A stretch of DNA of 64,000 nt from the NCBI GenBank assembly GCA_002633005.1, contig NMRA01000154.1, positions 752,841-816,840 on the forward strand. Reading direction: 5' to 3'. The DNA is from Phoronis australis. Its lineage: Eukaryota > Animalia > Phoronida. A model generated the notes under the pieces. It was not told where the DNA came from and did not search any database. It saw nothing but the letters and a program-made list of their open reading frames with translations. Position 1 is the stretch's first letter. Each line of letters starts with the position of its first letter. The position numbers and the translations under genes are program-made. Shown here piece by piece: positions 25,601 to 40,000 of this stretch.

Positions 25601-28600
25601 TATTTTTAATGATGTACTGGTCACTGGCTGGCAAAATGTGTCCATTTTGTTTGATAAAATTTTTTGGTTCAGAATCCATCAGAACGTATGAGTAGACAGA
25701 GCAAGCTTAAGTAAAACCCTGGATTGTTTGTTTTATATGATAAAAACAAAAGCTTTGCTGCTTGAATAACAGAAAATTGTGGGATTTCATGAAAGGGATT
25801 AAAGAAACATTCTTTTCTTTACAGTGCCTAGCTCCTTTGTTAAAATTTGGGTTAAAACCAAATGTGTCACTTATTATTCAGAGTTAACCCAATTTTGCAA
25901 TGACTTTCTTGAACAAAATGCTTTCTAAAATGCAAGAAACAAGCTCTATGTAAAAAATTTTTGCAGAAAGTCCGCCATAAGTTAAGGAGACATGTCCTTT
26001 GATAGATTTTAGTAGCTTCAGTGTTCTCCACAACAAAAAATTCAAACTCATCTGGAATGACAAAATTCATTTGCACGTTCGAAATTCCATATCCCTTTGA
26101 GGGGAGTTTGTGTGCTACCGTAGGTCCAAAATGTCCTAATTTGCTTAAGAAATGACCAGTCTCTCAATACTTCAAACATGCTGCATAGCTTTTCAGATCG
26201 TCGCAAGTTACTCAAACTTGTTGTGGCAAAATTCATACTCTACGCAGGGACGAGACTATATGGGTTGTGGAGAACATTTGGCCCATGTGATCCAGCAAGA
26301 TTCCACCTTCTTAATGTTGGTAGTGTAGAACCTTGAATATTGCTTACGATACGAGGAAAGTGATTAGAGATTTTCTTTTGAACTAAAACTATGAGTGCAG
26401 TTGCACAGCACTGGGACCTGTACTGTGTTTGAATTTGTCATGAGTGAAAAACAATGAAAAATAAGATCTTTAATGTACAAAACATTCTTGGGTGATCACA
26501 GAAATTGTAATCATATAGAAGATACGAAAGAAATAGATAGGGATTGTAAAAGGCTGTGTATTGTTACTTTCTCATACTTGCTAGGGATAACTTTTGAGTA
26601 AAAATATATTGAAAACCAGATAGCCCACCAAAGTCAGAATTATTTATTTTTGTGTTTTTTGATGCTCTTGGATCCTTTACTTCTGCAATTTAGGTAATTG
26701 GATACCTCCGCCTCCCAGGGTCACTCTTCTCTAAAATCCTTCAAAATACAACTTGTCATCCCATGAAGCATATTTATATTTTTATTTTTATAATTTATAT
26801 TTATATAAATAGTAATATAGTTTATATTTTTCAAATCCTTGATACTTTGCACACTTGTAGTCACTTGATTGTGTCTTTTCTTTAAAAATGCGAAGTCCGG
26901 GGGGGGGGGTGACTGCCATATGCGTGGCAAATTTCACAAGAAACTTGAAAATTCTGTATCTATATCTATATTCTGTGAGGAACAATCTGTCGTCTGGAAA
27001 AGTTATCAAGACCTACTTAGACCAAAAACCCAGTTGTCAAATATTGAAACCACAATTTAGTTGATTTATTCGTTTTTTTCAATGCGTTATGTGTTCACAT
27101 AATCCAGGGTTATTCACCTAATTCGTCTGTTCTTCTCTTGGGTAGTAGTAGCCTGTTTGGTTGTTTAGCGATGACGTGTCATGGCAGAAGACGACTCAAT
27201 TTGGATAGGGAAGTTATTATAGACATGCGGTCATACTGGGTCCAAAACGTCATAATGGTGTCAAAATGAGGTCATGCTGAACATTCCTATATCATACAAA
27301 ATTGGTATTCCTGTGTTATGATTAGTTGAAAATTCCTACACCTGGTAACTGTAATTTATGTTAACTTCAGGGGGTGGTTATCTACTGCACTCAACTTATG
27401 CCATCGATTTCGCTTGAAATGATTGTGTTAAGGAGTTAAAATGTTGTGCAATTTTTGAGATTTTTACTCATGATGAATTCAATTATATAATACTGTCCCT
27501 ATACAGTCACTGCTATCCTTGCTCTAAAGTCAAAGCAAATAGTATAGTGGCTCTCTTTGCCTTGAGCTTGTTTTTACAAAAACATAATTAATGGAAAAGT
27601 CACGCCGTTTATTGTCACCACATGTTGCCCTGAGAGATGTTATATTCTATTACTGTTGCAAGATTATTAAAAAAATGTTGGTATAACAGCTGCTCTCAAG
27701 GGGGCATTATTCAGACTTGTTTTTCCATTTTCTGTCATTGTTGGCCTGTTTATCTAATTTGACACCATGTGTACCCACACTATGGTAGACGCTACTTGTT
27801 CAAAATGTAAGCTTGTTTGCCCTGCGACCCGTAGTGAACATTGAGTCTACAGTTTTTTATTCGATTTCAAATGATTTTCTGTAGACTATACTGGAAATCA
27901 AATACTGTCCAAATACAGTTGAATGTTGTCTATAGTGACAAAGCCGTAGTGCATGTGTTCTTGTGACGTCTTTTCTCTCTGGTTTTTGTTGACTCTAGAA
28001 AAGCAGTCGACTCAATTGAGTACAAACTATTTAAAAAACAGTATAATAGTCGGACAGCTGATTCACCAAAACAAGTATTTGTCAAAATGTGAGTTTTTGT
28101 CATATCATAAATGACCTGGCAACAACAGTAATTGTCGTCTTTAGATATCTGTATGTCTAAAATGTGTCCCTTGTGTGAAATCAGAACAGCATGAGAAGAT
28201 TTACACACCTGTTCATGGCACTCATTCAGGGTAACCTGATTTAATTAAGGGTCAAAATGGCCTTATTGTAGTACTGTAAGGTCTCTACTCTTCAGTTTAG
28301 GACACAATATGGCCAAGAATTAAAATTTCATTCTCACTTTTTCGTAAAATGTAGCGTAGCATGAAATTGGGTACATCAGTTTTTGGCCATAAGCGGATCA
28401 AGAAACTGGCAATCATCGCACAAGTGAAAAAGTTCACATTGATTCCACGTTTTGTCTATTCATTAAAGGTCATCAGGTTATAAAGTGTCGATGTACCAGT
28501 CAAGTTACATCCGTGAAGTGAAGTGAGTGTTGTAACAATGACAGGAAATAGTAAATAGGTCATCACCATACCACAGTGTATTCACAGTTCTTTACCATAG

Positions 28601-30426
28601 CTCCATCATAAAATATTGTGAAAAATTACGGGCATTCACAGCAATGTTGAAATTTGAATTTCAAAAAAGGTGATTTTGGCAATTATTTTTGTTCAAAATT
28701 GGTGAAAATTTATTGTATGGTAAAGCATTTTCATACATACTCACTGACAGAGTCGGAAATTCTATAGTTTTGTAGATATTTGGCTAAAAGCCCAGATTTG
28801 TTGACAAGGTCCTTTAACCTTGAAATATTTACACATGTCGTCTTACACTGACATCATTATTTTACAATGGGCGAGCGTAGTTTTATCGACGTACAAATTT
28901 TTCATCAATCAATACCAATTAATAAGGCAAATAAAAGTTAAACTAATCTGTTGAATCATATTATTAAAGTAAGGTGTAGAAGAGTTATTTCTAACTCTGT
29001 TAAATCTTATTGTCCCTGCGACCCCTTTTCAGCTGAAAATGTGGTAAAAGTTTACCAATTTTGTATGTTTTCTATGTGTAGGTACAGTTCTTAATTTAGT
29101 GCATTGTTTAAATTCCCTCCCCTAATTTTCTGTCTATTGAATCATTGCTGCTTTGTTGCAATATGCTTGTACTTGTCTGGATAACTGCCTAAGACACTTG
29201 AATTTGAGAATTGAAAAATCAGGGAGTGAGCTTATAAACTTGAGCATGGGTGCTTCAGAACGAAGTTTGGGGCGTAGAGAGAGTGCTAACCCGAGCAGTC
29301 GATCAAGCTAACACCCAGGGAGTTAAATAAAACATCCACAGGTTGTAAACAATGAAGTACTGGGCTTACCATCTTCAATGAAATTATCTTGCACAGTGAA
29401 TCAATTGCATGACTTAGCTTTGTACTCATCTCGTCCACAGTGCTTGTGAGAATAGTGTCCCTTCTCCAGCTAGGTTATTTTCATTCATTGTACAGTGCAC
29501 GTGCTGAATAATCGGACGATACCATTGAGAAATAGCGATGTTCGGTAGCAGTACTACGTATCAGAACATTCATAACTCAAGGAAAATATCTGTATCTCCT
29601 TCAGTAACGAACAGGGGAGTGTGCCGGTATTTCTTTCCCAAATAGGGCAAGGTTCTGCTGAAAATTACTGTTCATTATTGAAAGGTAAGTAAGTTGTGTT
29701 CCTGTGCGGCAGAAATTTTTTTGGGGAGATGTTCATTCACAAGGAAACGAGGACAGGAACATTTAAGGGTCTGGAATGTTTTGTGAGTGGGTGCATGTGA
29801 GCTGAGTATGGACGCTTAAAAGTGAAAATTTAGATATTTTGTTAGAATTTTCGGTATTAAAAGCTGAGCATGGGCATTTATCCGGATGAGTATGGCATTT
29901 TATCTCCGTGGTCTAACTTGAGAAATCATTAATTAATGTATCGAAATTAAAGTGAATATTTGAGACTGTTTGCATATTTGTTCTTCACATCCATCAATTG
30001 TGTACTGATATGTGCACCAGGTAAACATGGGAGCTATAAGTCTATATAGATGTGTGAACTATTAATCCATATCTTTTTGTACCACTCTGACATGCAAGAT
30101 GAGCCTCCCATCAATCCTGTTGTCTTTGTATGTATTTGAGTTTAGTGAGTATGCAAGATTTGTCACTGGCAGATTGAACTAACTTAAGACAAGTGAAAAC
30201 AAATTTAGATAAGGCCAAACAGCAGAATTGGTTCAGCTCGACTCATTTGGTTACCTGCGCTTACTGAGTAAACTAAAAAATCAAAAACCGAAGTCTCCAG
30301 CTTCATGAAGGCACATAAGCAAAGGAAAGCAAGGTTTGAAACGACATGATTTGCCATGTAATGCATAAATTACTCGAGATGAAGCAGCTTTTCCACGTTT
30401 GCTGTCGCCAATGAGGAAATCTTTTT

Positions 30427-30638
30427 GAGCACTGTCCCTATTGGCCGCCAGCCCACTCCCCACCTGAAGATGCTTAGAGTTGAGCGCTGCTCCTGTGGCC
30501 ACCAGCCCGCTCCCCACCTGAAGATGTTTAGAGTTGAGTACTGCCCCTGAGCCCGCTCCCATCTGAAGATGTTTAGAATTGAGCGCTGCCCCTATGGCCA
30601 CCAGCCTGCTCCCCACCTGAAGATGTTTAGAGTTGAGT
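30427..30638. repeat. Minisatellite, ~54-bp unit, 4 copies (one 45-bp unit)
   Basis: Repeating gagcgctgc...ccagcccgctccccacctgaagatgtttagagtt. Confidence 0.85.
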
Positions 30639-32609
30639 TACAAAACAAATACGGCATCATTTTGGCTGGTCTCAGCTGGATTTGCTGTTTTTGAAAACGG
30701 GAACAACCGACTCGATTAAAAAAACAAAGCAGGTTAGAAACAACTGTACTTTGTTGACCTTACTTTAGTCTCTCAAGTAATGGCTGAAGATTGCTAACAG
30801 TGTAAAAGTGTCACCGACTCTTACCAGTTTAGACCCGAGATGGGCGCCTCATTGATCACTTTATGCTGTTAATCCGATCAGTATGAATAATAGACCACCA
30901 TAAAGTGTCGTCGTGGGATTGATCACAGATTTTTTGACGTCAGTCAAAGCATTTCTTCATTGAAGCGGTTTCTGTTGAAGGGCTACAGCTGTCTGAGCCG
31001 GAATTTGCTCAATAATTAATTTCAGTCTTACACCAGGAAATCTTTGCAGATAATCAAGACATGCAAAGTAGGAAAAGTATGGCTGGTTAATGACTACTGC
31101 CCTTGAATGTCTAGACATTTGAAAAAATGTTTCCATTTTGACCTGTTATTTGCCTCATGATGGTCGCACTATTTTTTGGAAAACAAATTTCAGCATCCAA
31201 AATTGATTCATCTTTACTACTAGCGTTAAAGAAATATATTTGAATTTGCATGAAGAGATGTCACGTTTTCTAAAATGAGTTCATTTTTTTGCAACAAGTT
31301 TTAAAAGTATAAGATAGTATGCAGTAAATCTTCCACAGTTTTTTTGGTTGGGTGAAAGAAATTCATTAAATTTCCATGGTTTTGATCTCACAAAGTGATC
31401 ATTTGTAGGGATAAGGTGGTATTTTATAGGTGATTTAATTGGAAAAGGGCACTATTTTCTTGCTCAGGAATTTTGTCCGAAAAGGCATCCTTAGTGAAAC
31501 TGGTTGTGAAATCACTCTTCTGATCACTGAGCAGGATATCCTTCCGCTGCTTCTATGGTAGCACCACCCCCCCTCCCCCCGGGAGTTTATCCAACCAGCT
31601 AAAATAGTGCCGTTAACGTGTAGTTTGAAATCTCAAAAATATTTCAGGAATAAATACACTGGATTAATTCCCCCAACGGTCGGTCGTGTTCCTAAAGGAT
31701 TCATGAATACTGGCAAGTTGAGTAATCCCTATTGGTCGACTCTGACACCTACACACTTTGTATTAATCGAGCGAAATTTGTTAGAAATTTGTGCCTCAAT
31801 GCAAAAAAATTCTCCTAGGAAAACTTGCTTGAAATATATATGGGCCTATTCTCACATGTTTTTACATGGGAATGGTATTTATGTTACAACACTGAAGTTA
31901 GTGGAAATAGATATATAGTTGCAACACCACCACCTCAAAGGGATTTTAGAAGTCCATGAATAAAATTAATTTTCGCGGATCAAGTCTTTTATCATCAACT
32001 CCGTAAAAATTGCTAAAAATCTGTTCACTCAGTTAGGAACTCACAAATCTGTCAATTCACGACTAAATTCATTCAGTTTTTGTTCTCGTGAGATTTCCTA
32101 CATCCACCCTCATTTGTTTGCCATAGTACAGGAAATTTAACAGGTTTTTCTTTGAATACCTGCTGAAATTGGCTGTTGCCATGCAGAAAATTGTCATGCT
32201 TCAGGTATCCACTAAGAGATAAAGGAAATTAATGTTCATAAGATGAACCAATTAGTGGTGCCCCTTGGCTAGCACTGATTAGCTAGGTATGATTATGAAA
32301 TACTAGAATATAAAGATTTTTAAATAACCTCTAGTGATCATTGGACATGTGCTCAATAATGTAATTTGTTTTATTTGCTAAACGCTGCGAAAGCAGATAA
32401 ATTAACCATTTGGGTATGTTTGTATATAATATTTTTGTATGCCCTCCTAAAAACATGTATTTCATTCAGCAGGCCTGATGTTGTTATCCACAGTCTACAG
32501 TTCTAAAGGAAATGGGAATATTCTCTAAGATGTTAACAAGTTCTGTCAAAAATTCTCCCTTTATCAACTACCGGTATAACAAATAGGAATAATCGGAAGA
32601 AAACTGTAA

Positions 32610-35600
32610 ATTACTAGTTGATCATTGGGCATATTGGAGTGTTGTAGCACCCTCTGTTGGCCTTTTTAGTTTTGACAAGATGTTGCTAATGTATTGTAGT
32701 TATTGCAAAATAATTTGACAGTTTTTGATAAAGAGGTGGGTACTGGATAGGAGGGTGTACTAACACCCTCGCACAGTATGATTATTTTTTGTGTTAAAGG
32801 TGTCTTGAGCGGCCTGCATCAGATTCTATGAATAAACAGCCGTCCAAAATGAAGTACCGGGGAATATTGTGTGTGTTGCAGACGTGGGCGCATTGCAAGG
32901 CCTTATTGCGTTCATATTGTCGTGGTCTTGAAGGTGGTGAATCTCATAGGTCGATGCACGTGGCAAATGTAAAATCCTTGACCACTCCGAGACAGTCAAG
33001 GCTTGAGCAGCCTCATACAAAACTTGAGAAACTCTGCCTGATAATTTTCCTAAATTAATTGGCTATCTCAGATGAATACAGAACTACCGCATGTCAGGGG
33101 TGATCTATCTGTGAACCAATAGGTGATCTATCTGTGATCCAGTAGGTGATCTGTCTGTGTACCAATAGGTGATTAGTCTGTCAATCAATACCTGATGTGT
33201 CTGATAATCAATTACTGATCTGTCTGACAATCCTTTGTGCTTGCCTCTGATTACATGTTACTGAGCATGTGTGGCTCATTGTGTATTCAATTATCGGAAC
33301 CTTGGCCACTTTGACCAGACATTGATAAATTACCAGTGATTATTGGAGGATTATCCTAGCTTCTTCTTGATGAAGATTAAAACTGAGTTTTGTTGACATT
33401 CCAGTGATTCAATTTTAAACTATTCTAAGGCTTTTCATTTCTCCATTCAAGGATTCAAATTTATGGGAGGAAAATTGTAATCATGGCTTACTGTCGCCAA
33501 CAAACTGGCTTGACCGAACAGCCAATTTCTGTATATAATTGATCAGTGTGCATCGTTAATGGAAAAGTGATTAGCCCCACTGCTCCATACATCAATTTGA
33601 AGTAAATAATTTAGTATTGGGACAAAAACGAATCTAAAAGCCCTTTCATACTGACTTGTCTCCGGTCTGAGTGTAGTGTCAACGTAAACTGCGATGTTAA
33701 CTAAACCATTCATATTGTCTTTAGTAGCTAACTGACATCGAAGTGAATGGTAGGTGACGCTGTTGTTATTGAAGTAATCGGAAGGTAGCGCTGATGCATT
33801 GTGTGCTAAGATTTTTTGTAACGTGACAAGTTAGGAACATTTACATGTCCTAATTGACATAAAACTTATTTCTAATTCAGTTGGTGCCTATTCGAGCAAA
33901 ATATAAGCAACTATTAGCGACGACACGTGCCCTTCAATTGTTGAAAATAAAGGTATTTTGAGGGGGACGCATATCCCATCGGTCGCTTTAATTGACAAAA
34001 TGAAGGCTATATGTAAGAAATTTAAGTTATTTGTTTCGATCATTTTTTAATTCTAGGGAAATTTATTAAGGTCTTCTTGAAAAGGGGGAACGTGAAGTTA
34101 GTTTGTAAAATTGATACAAGGTTTCATTGAGGGACGGCTTTTCCAGTGGGTGCTGCTGAAAGTACACTGTTTAATTGTTATCCAAATGTTAAGCTTAGAA
34201 TTTGGAAAATTTAGAAATTTTGGGGTTGCGCATTAATTATGGTGAGGTAAGGCTGCAAGACCACTGACAGCTGAAAGCTACAATGGCGGGGATACCTGCA
34301 ATCTTAACTGGTAGTTATTCTTGTGCGTACCTCATGGACTTTAAGTTTGTTCCGCAACAAGAGATCAGCTTTCGTTAAGACAGATCCAAGTAACCTATCG
34401 CAAGCTCCACCCCCTCCTTGCATAATGTCGACTAACAAACAATAACTTTTACCCGGCAACGTGTTGTTTGTCGGGTAAAATGGTGGCTTGGAAATAAAGG
34501 TGTGTCAAGAATGATGAGTTCTAAATGGTCAGTTAAGCCGTCACTCAAAATCCTGGTGATAGGTCAATTACAGCTATGCCCCTTTGTTGCGGTTTTGTCT
34601 TTGTATGTCTGCCTGCATGTGTACCTTCAAGTTTGTTGAAGAAACTTCACTAAATTTGCTCAATGTGCAGATAAAATTTGAATCTAATACTGAAAACAAA
34701 ACTTAATAAAGTTAGTGATGTTGCGTCCGTCTCTCACGGACNATTACTAGTTGATCATTGGGCATATTGGAGTGTTGTAGCACCCTCTGTTGGCCTTTTT
34801 AGTTTTGACAAGATGTTGCTAATGCATTGTAGTTATTGCAAAATAATTTGACAGTTTTTGATAAAGAGGTGGGTACTGGATATTTTCAGCTAAATAATAT
34901 TAAACACCCTCGCACAGTATGATTATTTTTTGTGTTAAAGGGGCCCTGAGAGGCCTGCATCAGATTCTATGAATAAACAGACGTCTAAAATGAAGTACCG
35001 GGGTATATTGTGTGTGTTGCAGACGTGGGCGCATTGCAAGGCCTTATTGCGTTCATATTGTCGTGGTCTTGAAGGTGGGGAATCTCATAGGTCGATGCAC
35101 GTGGCAAATGTAAAATCCTTGACCACTCCGAGACAGTTAGATCAAGGCTTGAGCAGCCTCATATAAAACTTGAGAAACTCTGCCTGATAATTTTCCTAAA
35201 TTAATTGGCTATCTCAGATGAATACAGAACTACCGCATGTCAGGGGTGATCTATCTGTGAACCAATAGGTGATCTATCTGTGATCCAGTAGGTGGTCTAT
35301 CTGTGAACCAATAGGTGATCTATCTGTGTACCAATAGGTGATTAGTCTGTCAATCAATACCTGATGTGTCCGATAATCAATTACTGATCTGTCTGACAAT
35401 CCTTTGTCCTTGCCTCTGATTACATGTTACTGAGCATGTGCGGTTCTTTGTGTATTTAATTATCCGAACCTTGGCCGCTTTGACCAGATATCGATAAATT
35501 ACCAGTGATTATTGGAGGATTATCCTAGGTTCTTCTTGATGAAGATTAAAACTTGACATTTCAGAGATTCAATTTTAAACTATTCTAAAGCTTGTGAAGA

Positions 35601-36397
35601 TTAAAGAGGCTTTTCATTTCTCCATTCAAGGATTCAAATTTATGGGAGGAAAATTGTAATCATGGCTTACTTTCGCCAACAAACTGGCATGACCGAACAG
35701 CCAGTTTCTGTATATAATTGATCAGTGCGCATCATTAATGGAAAAGTGATTAGCCCCACTGCTCCATACATCAATTTGTAGTAAATAATTTAGTAATGGG
35801 ACAAAAACGAATCTAAAGGCCCTTTCATACTGACTTGTCCCCGGTCTGAGTGGAATGTCGACGTAAACTGCGATGTTAACTAAACCATTCATACTGGCTT
35901 TAGCAGCTAACGGACATCGAAGTAAATGATAGGTGACGCTGTTGTTATCGAAGTAATCGGAAGGTAGCGCTGATGCATTGTGTGCTAAGATTTTTTAATG
36001 TGACAAGTTAGGAACATTTACATGTCCTAATTGACATAAAACTTATTTCTAATTCAGTTGGTGCTTATTCGAGCAAAATATAAGCAACTATTAGCGACGA
36101 CAGGTGCCCTTCAATTTGTGTTGTTTGTCGGGTAAAATGGCAGCTTGGATACAAAGGTGTGTCAAGAATGATGAGTTCTAAATGGTCAGTTAAGCCGTCA
36201 CTCAAAATCCTGGTGATAGGTCAATTACAGCTATGCCCCCTTGTTGCGGTTTTGTCTTTGTGTGTCTGCCTGCATGTGTACCTTCAAGTTTGTTGAAGAA
36301 ACTTCACTAAATTTGCTCAATGTGCAGATAAAATTGGAATCTAATACTGGAAACAAAACTTAATAAAGTTAGTGATGTTGCGTCCGTCTCTCACGGA
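32610..36397. repeat. Diverged direct duplication (32610-34740 vs 34743-36397) around a single n; probably two uncollapsed haplotypes
   Basis: Copy 2 restarts at attactagttgatc right after n34742. Scattered SNPs and indels, plus a ~520-bp indel. Confidence 0.85.
33098..33230. repeat. 23-bp VNTR (AGGTGATCTATCTGTGAACCAAT)
   Basis: Tandem units decay 3'-ward. The duplicate at ~35245-35400 has one more unit. Confidence 0.75.
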
Positions 36398-36952
36398 TTT
36401 CAGCCTGACTATTATGTTATTATCATTCTGGCTAATAGGTGGTGTTTTAACCAGATGGCACGGCGTTCTTTTTGCTCAATGTGTTTCTTTAAAGAATATT
36501 AAGATGTCAGCATGACTCCGTTATGTTGTGCACTGAATAGTGGTGATATTAGCAGCTTGGTTCTATTTTTAGCATCCCACAAAATTCTATCTCTGAAACC
36601 AATTACATTAGACTAATGTTCCAATTTTCCTATTTGCTAAAACCTGGATGCTGGCTTCTCCTTGAGCAAAAATCCAAATATGCTTAAAATTCCATGTTGT
36701 GCTTTTAAGTCTGAAATCTTTCCTCGGGAGCAAGTGCATGATTTTCAACTACGGAGCATTTTACAATCAATTTTACAATTTATGTTGTAAAGGAGAAAAA
36801 TCTCAGTCTTTTGAAGTCACAACTTTCCTCCAGACATGCATGGCTCATTAGTTTTCCAAAACTTCATGTTTCGCAACTTTTCTATGGTGGTGCAGCACCA
36901 CGTTTTTAGTGCACGTAGGGAGAAGACTGATGTGAATATAATCTGGTTTCAG

Positions 36953-37062
36953 GCCATGCCTCATGTGAAGATAATTAACCAGGATCACCATGGCAGTGTG
37001 GTTCATCATCCTCATGGAAGGGAGCTGATCGCACTGGAGAATGAGAAGAAACTCAAGCACAG
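36953..37062 (+). CDS. SLC8A: NCX coding exon 2 (His-rich cytosolic linker: AMPHVKIINQDHHGSVVHHPHGRELIALENEKKLKH)
   Basis: tggtttcag| acceptor, CAG|GTAAAT donor. Phase 0 to 2 fits both neighbouring exons, and the frame is open. Confidence 0.75.
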
Positions 37063-37145
37063 GTAAATTGGGCAACGGTTCATGCTTCACGTGACACACA
37101 TGCACTAACACGTGAATGGAGATGGGGCTGCTTCACATATCACAC

Positions 37146-37445
37146 CAGTGGCGGATCTAGGATATCATATGGGGGCCTAAGAATTTGTGACGGGAGCGTG
37201 GGAGCACCCAGCCTAACATATAGGGAGGCTCGGATGTGGACGACGAAAAAAAAACGGGAAACCGGTTGCGCAACTACACGCATTGTTAACTTTCCTGTCA
37301 GTCGCACGTTAATTGCCAGGGTTAGTTAATAAACTCAATTAATTTCCTCACGGTCCTGCTGTTTTATTTTTTCTGGCAGCCGTGTGTGTGCATAGGCGGA
37401 TTTGGGGGACCCTGGAGACCCGGGCGCCCCCTAAATCCACCTATG
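37146..37445. mobile_element. MITE with CAGTGGCGGAT / ATCCACCTATG termini and 5-bp TSD CACAC
   Basis: CACAC at 37141-37145 and 37446-37450. Internal hairpin at 37391-37445. Related to 53624-53775 and 63967-64000. Confidence 0.6.
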
Positions 37446-39509
37446 CACACACATGTACACTAGCACAGGAATAGAAGTGGTGTTGATTCACATATCACAC
37501 TTACGGTTACAAGTATGTGAATAGAGCTGTAGTTCCCAGTCATCTAAATGGTGATTGAGTTGCTGCTTCACGTATCACGCATACCCCCATACTGTATTCT
37601 ACATTCAAAAATATATTAAGCATTCATCGACATTGTCTACCGTAGTAGTTACTCATTTTCTCATTCAATGGATGGCTGGTTTTATGACTCTTAACACTAA
37701 AATTGAGTTTGTGCGTAGCGCCATCTATGTCTGAAAAATATTTACCTCATCAGGCCCATACAAAAAATTGATACAGAGTTTCAACGGACTTTGGGTATTT
37801 GACATCTGGTGAGTAATTCTGTAAAGACAACTGCGTGGGATTATTTCGAACTCAAGAGCTGTTCCCCATTTTTTTCAAATATTTGAAACCTTTATTTATT
37901 GTGGAGGAATATAGTAAATGAATTCCAGAAAGAGTGTGACTATAACACATTTTAAACGAGTTCTCCAAAATTATTAATTGATACATATGTACACCATTGG
38001 CAGCCACATACAATAGTTGTTTCTTAGATAGCCAAATGATAATTCTTAGCAAATAAAGTTAGATTACAGAAATAGTTGCCAGCTCAGAATGTTGTCTAAT
38101 AATTTTCAAAGCTCTGAACATTGTTGTAGCACTTTTTGTGATGTTTTGTATTTACTTTTCAAAAGCTGGTGGCCTAGAAATAAATCAATAAATATATATA
38201 TAGATTTCACAGTATGCTGAATAACTCTTATTGTCCATATGTGTTATCCATATTTGACTGCAGTTTTCTTTATCAGTGTTGTACATTGTAGTTCGCTACG
38301 TGTCATTTACCTGTCTTTGTCATAATTTTTTTTCATGTAAGGTTATTATTCATTTAATTACGTTTTATTGCGGTATCGGGTATGCTTTTAACCAGAGTAC
38401 CAGGGAGAACGGTGACTCTAAATAGCGGTTGATGTAGCGACAACCCAGTCTAAATCAATAATCAATCAAATCCTATCAATCACCAATTCTCTTTTGTAGC
38501 CATGCTAACCTCCGAAGTGACGGGCATGAAACGTAAGTATTGCCACCTGTTGTGAAAACAGCCTCACCTAACACATTGCTGTTTGATTCGATTGCAGCTA
38601 AGTTTTCTGATGTAATGTTTTATGGAGTTACGTTGACTGTGAAATCTCCACCAGATTGTTCCACCAGATCTTTGCTTTGTAAGATCCACGTATTCCATGT
38701 TTTCTGCTACTTCTGGTTGAAAGTTTTGATTGTTTTGTTGTATTCACACGACACGTTGTGTGCAATTAATGAGATGGTATTTGCCTCACCTCGCATGTTG
38801 TTTAAGTGTGGACTGACTAACGAGGTGTGCAATTTAAGTAATCGGAGTTTCTACTAATTCACTGCAGGAGGTTTCATCATCATTTTCAGTCAATTTACCA
38901 CGAATCTTTGGACAAACCATGCTATGAATACCAACCCATGCTGCATACCTGAACTAATGGGGCTTGTACTGTATAGACACCTGGGTACACAATAAACAAC
39001 TTTTTTCCTACTAACCTACTGCTGATTTGCTAATTTACCGTATCAATATGCGTGTTTACATTTGGTGCGGTCCTTTTCGTCTCACAACTTGCAAAGGGAT
39101 GCACGATCAACCTGATAAAAAGAAGTTACCAAGCAGTTACCTCTGTACCTCTGTAGAATTCAATGACCCTCCTCCCATCATCTACTTGAATCACATTAAT
39201 TATAACACCCTTACTTATGATACTTTGAGACTATGAATTATAGTCTGTATGAGAACAGGCTTACACCAGCCCTAAAGTACAGTGTGGCACTTGTGCTGCT
39301 ATATAAACATACAGTTTATGCATGATACAACTGAATTAATGAATGACGCTGAGAAATAATTTATACATGTCTGAATACAAACCACACTGCATTCTGTTTC
39401 AAACATTGAAATATTGCACACTGAGCTGATATATCCAGGTTCTGGTACAAATAATTCTTTTGCGGTTAAAAGTGTTCATTGCCGTCTCCTGTGATGAAGG
39501 TAAAAATCA

Positions 39510-40000
39510 AAAACAAATACTTACTAAGCGACATTTAGTTAATTGAGTATGGCGTTTCAAGCTCGCAGGCTTAGGCTCTTGATCACATGACTGTTCTTCC
39601 CTCCTTTGTGAAACCGGAAGTAACACCTGGTCGTAAACAGGAGGAACTTGCAGTTCCTGGTCACGGTTATGGGGGGGGGGTGTGTGCACTGCTTAATGTA
39701 AGTGACCTTTTTGATCTCATGGGAGAGCCAATGATCCTCTCTGGATGAAGCTGGTGTATTGTCCGTATTGATGGTATGGCCAGATGAAACTATAGTCACC
39801 AATAGCAGTAGTTTGTCGAGATTTTTGTGTTCTGCAAAACTGGTGCCGAGAGCAGATTTGGTTTCACCAATGAACAGGTGAGAAGGATCCTGGTGACACT
39901 GGATCTGATAAACAAGACACAACTGCTTCTCAAGTGGGGTTACGTTCTTAAGTTTAGCTGACTGTTAAGAGTGTTAATGGGTTTAAAGTAAGCGTTGGTT
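39510..40000 (-). mobile_element. Decayed Penelope-like element, GIY-YIG endonuclease region
   Basis: Minus strand reads FKPINTL..TPLEKQLCLVYQIQC..LFIGETKSALGTSFAEHK..GHTINT..REDHW..EIKKVTYIK..RDQ..VPPVYDQVL, the typical PLE C-terminal pattern, with frameshifts. Confidence 0.85.

Noticed and set aside
32828-35166. Two near-identical small ORFs (MNKQ.SKMKYRG...) as a duplicated gene pair
   Set aside because: They lie inside the n-flanked haplotype duplication, differ by a frameshift and show no recognisable domain.
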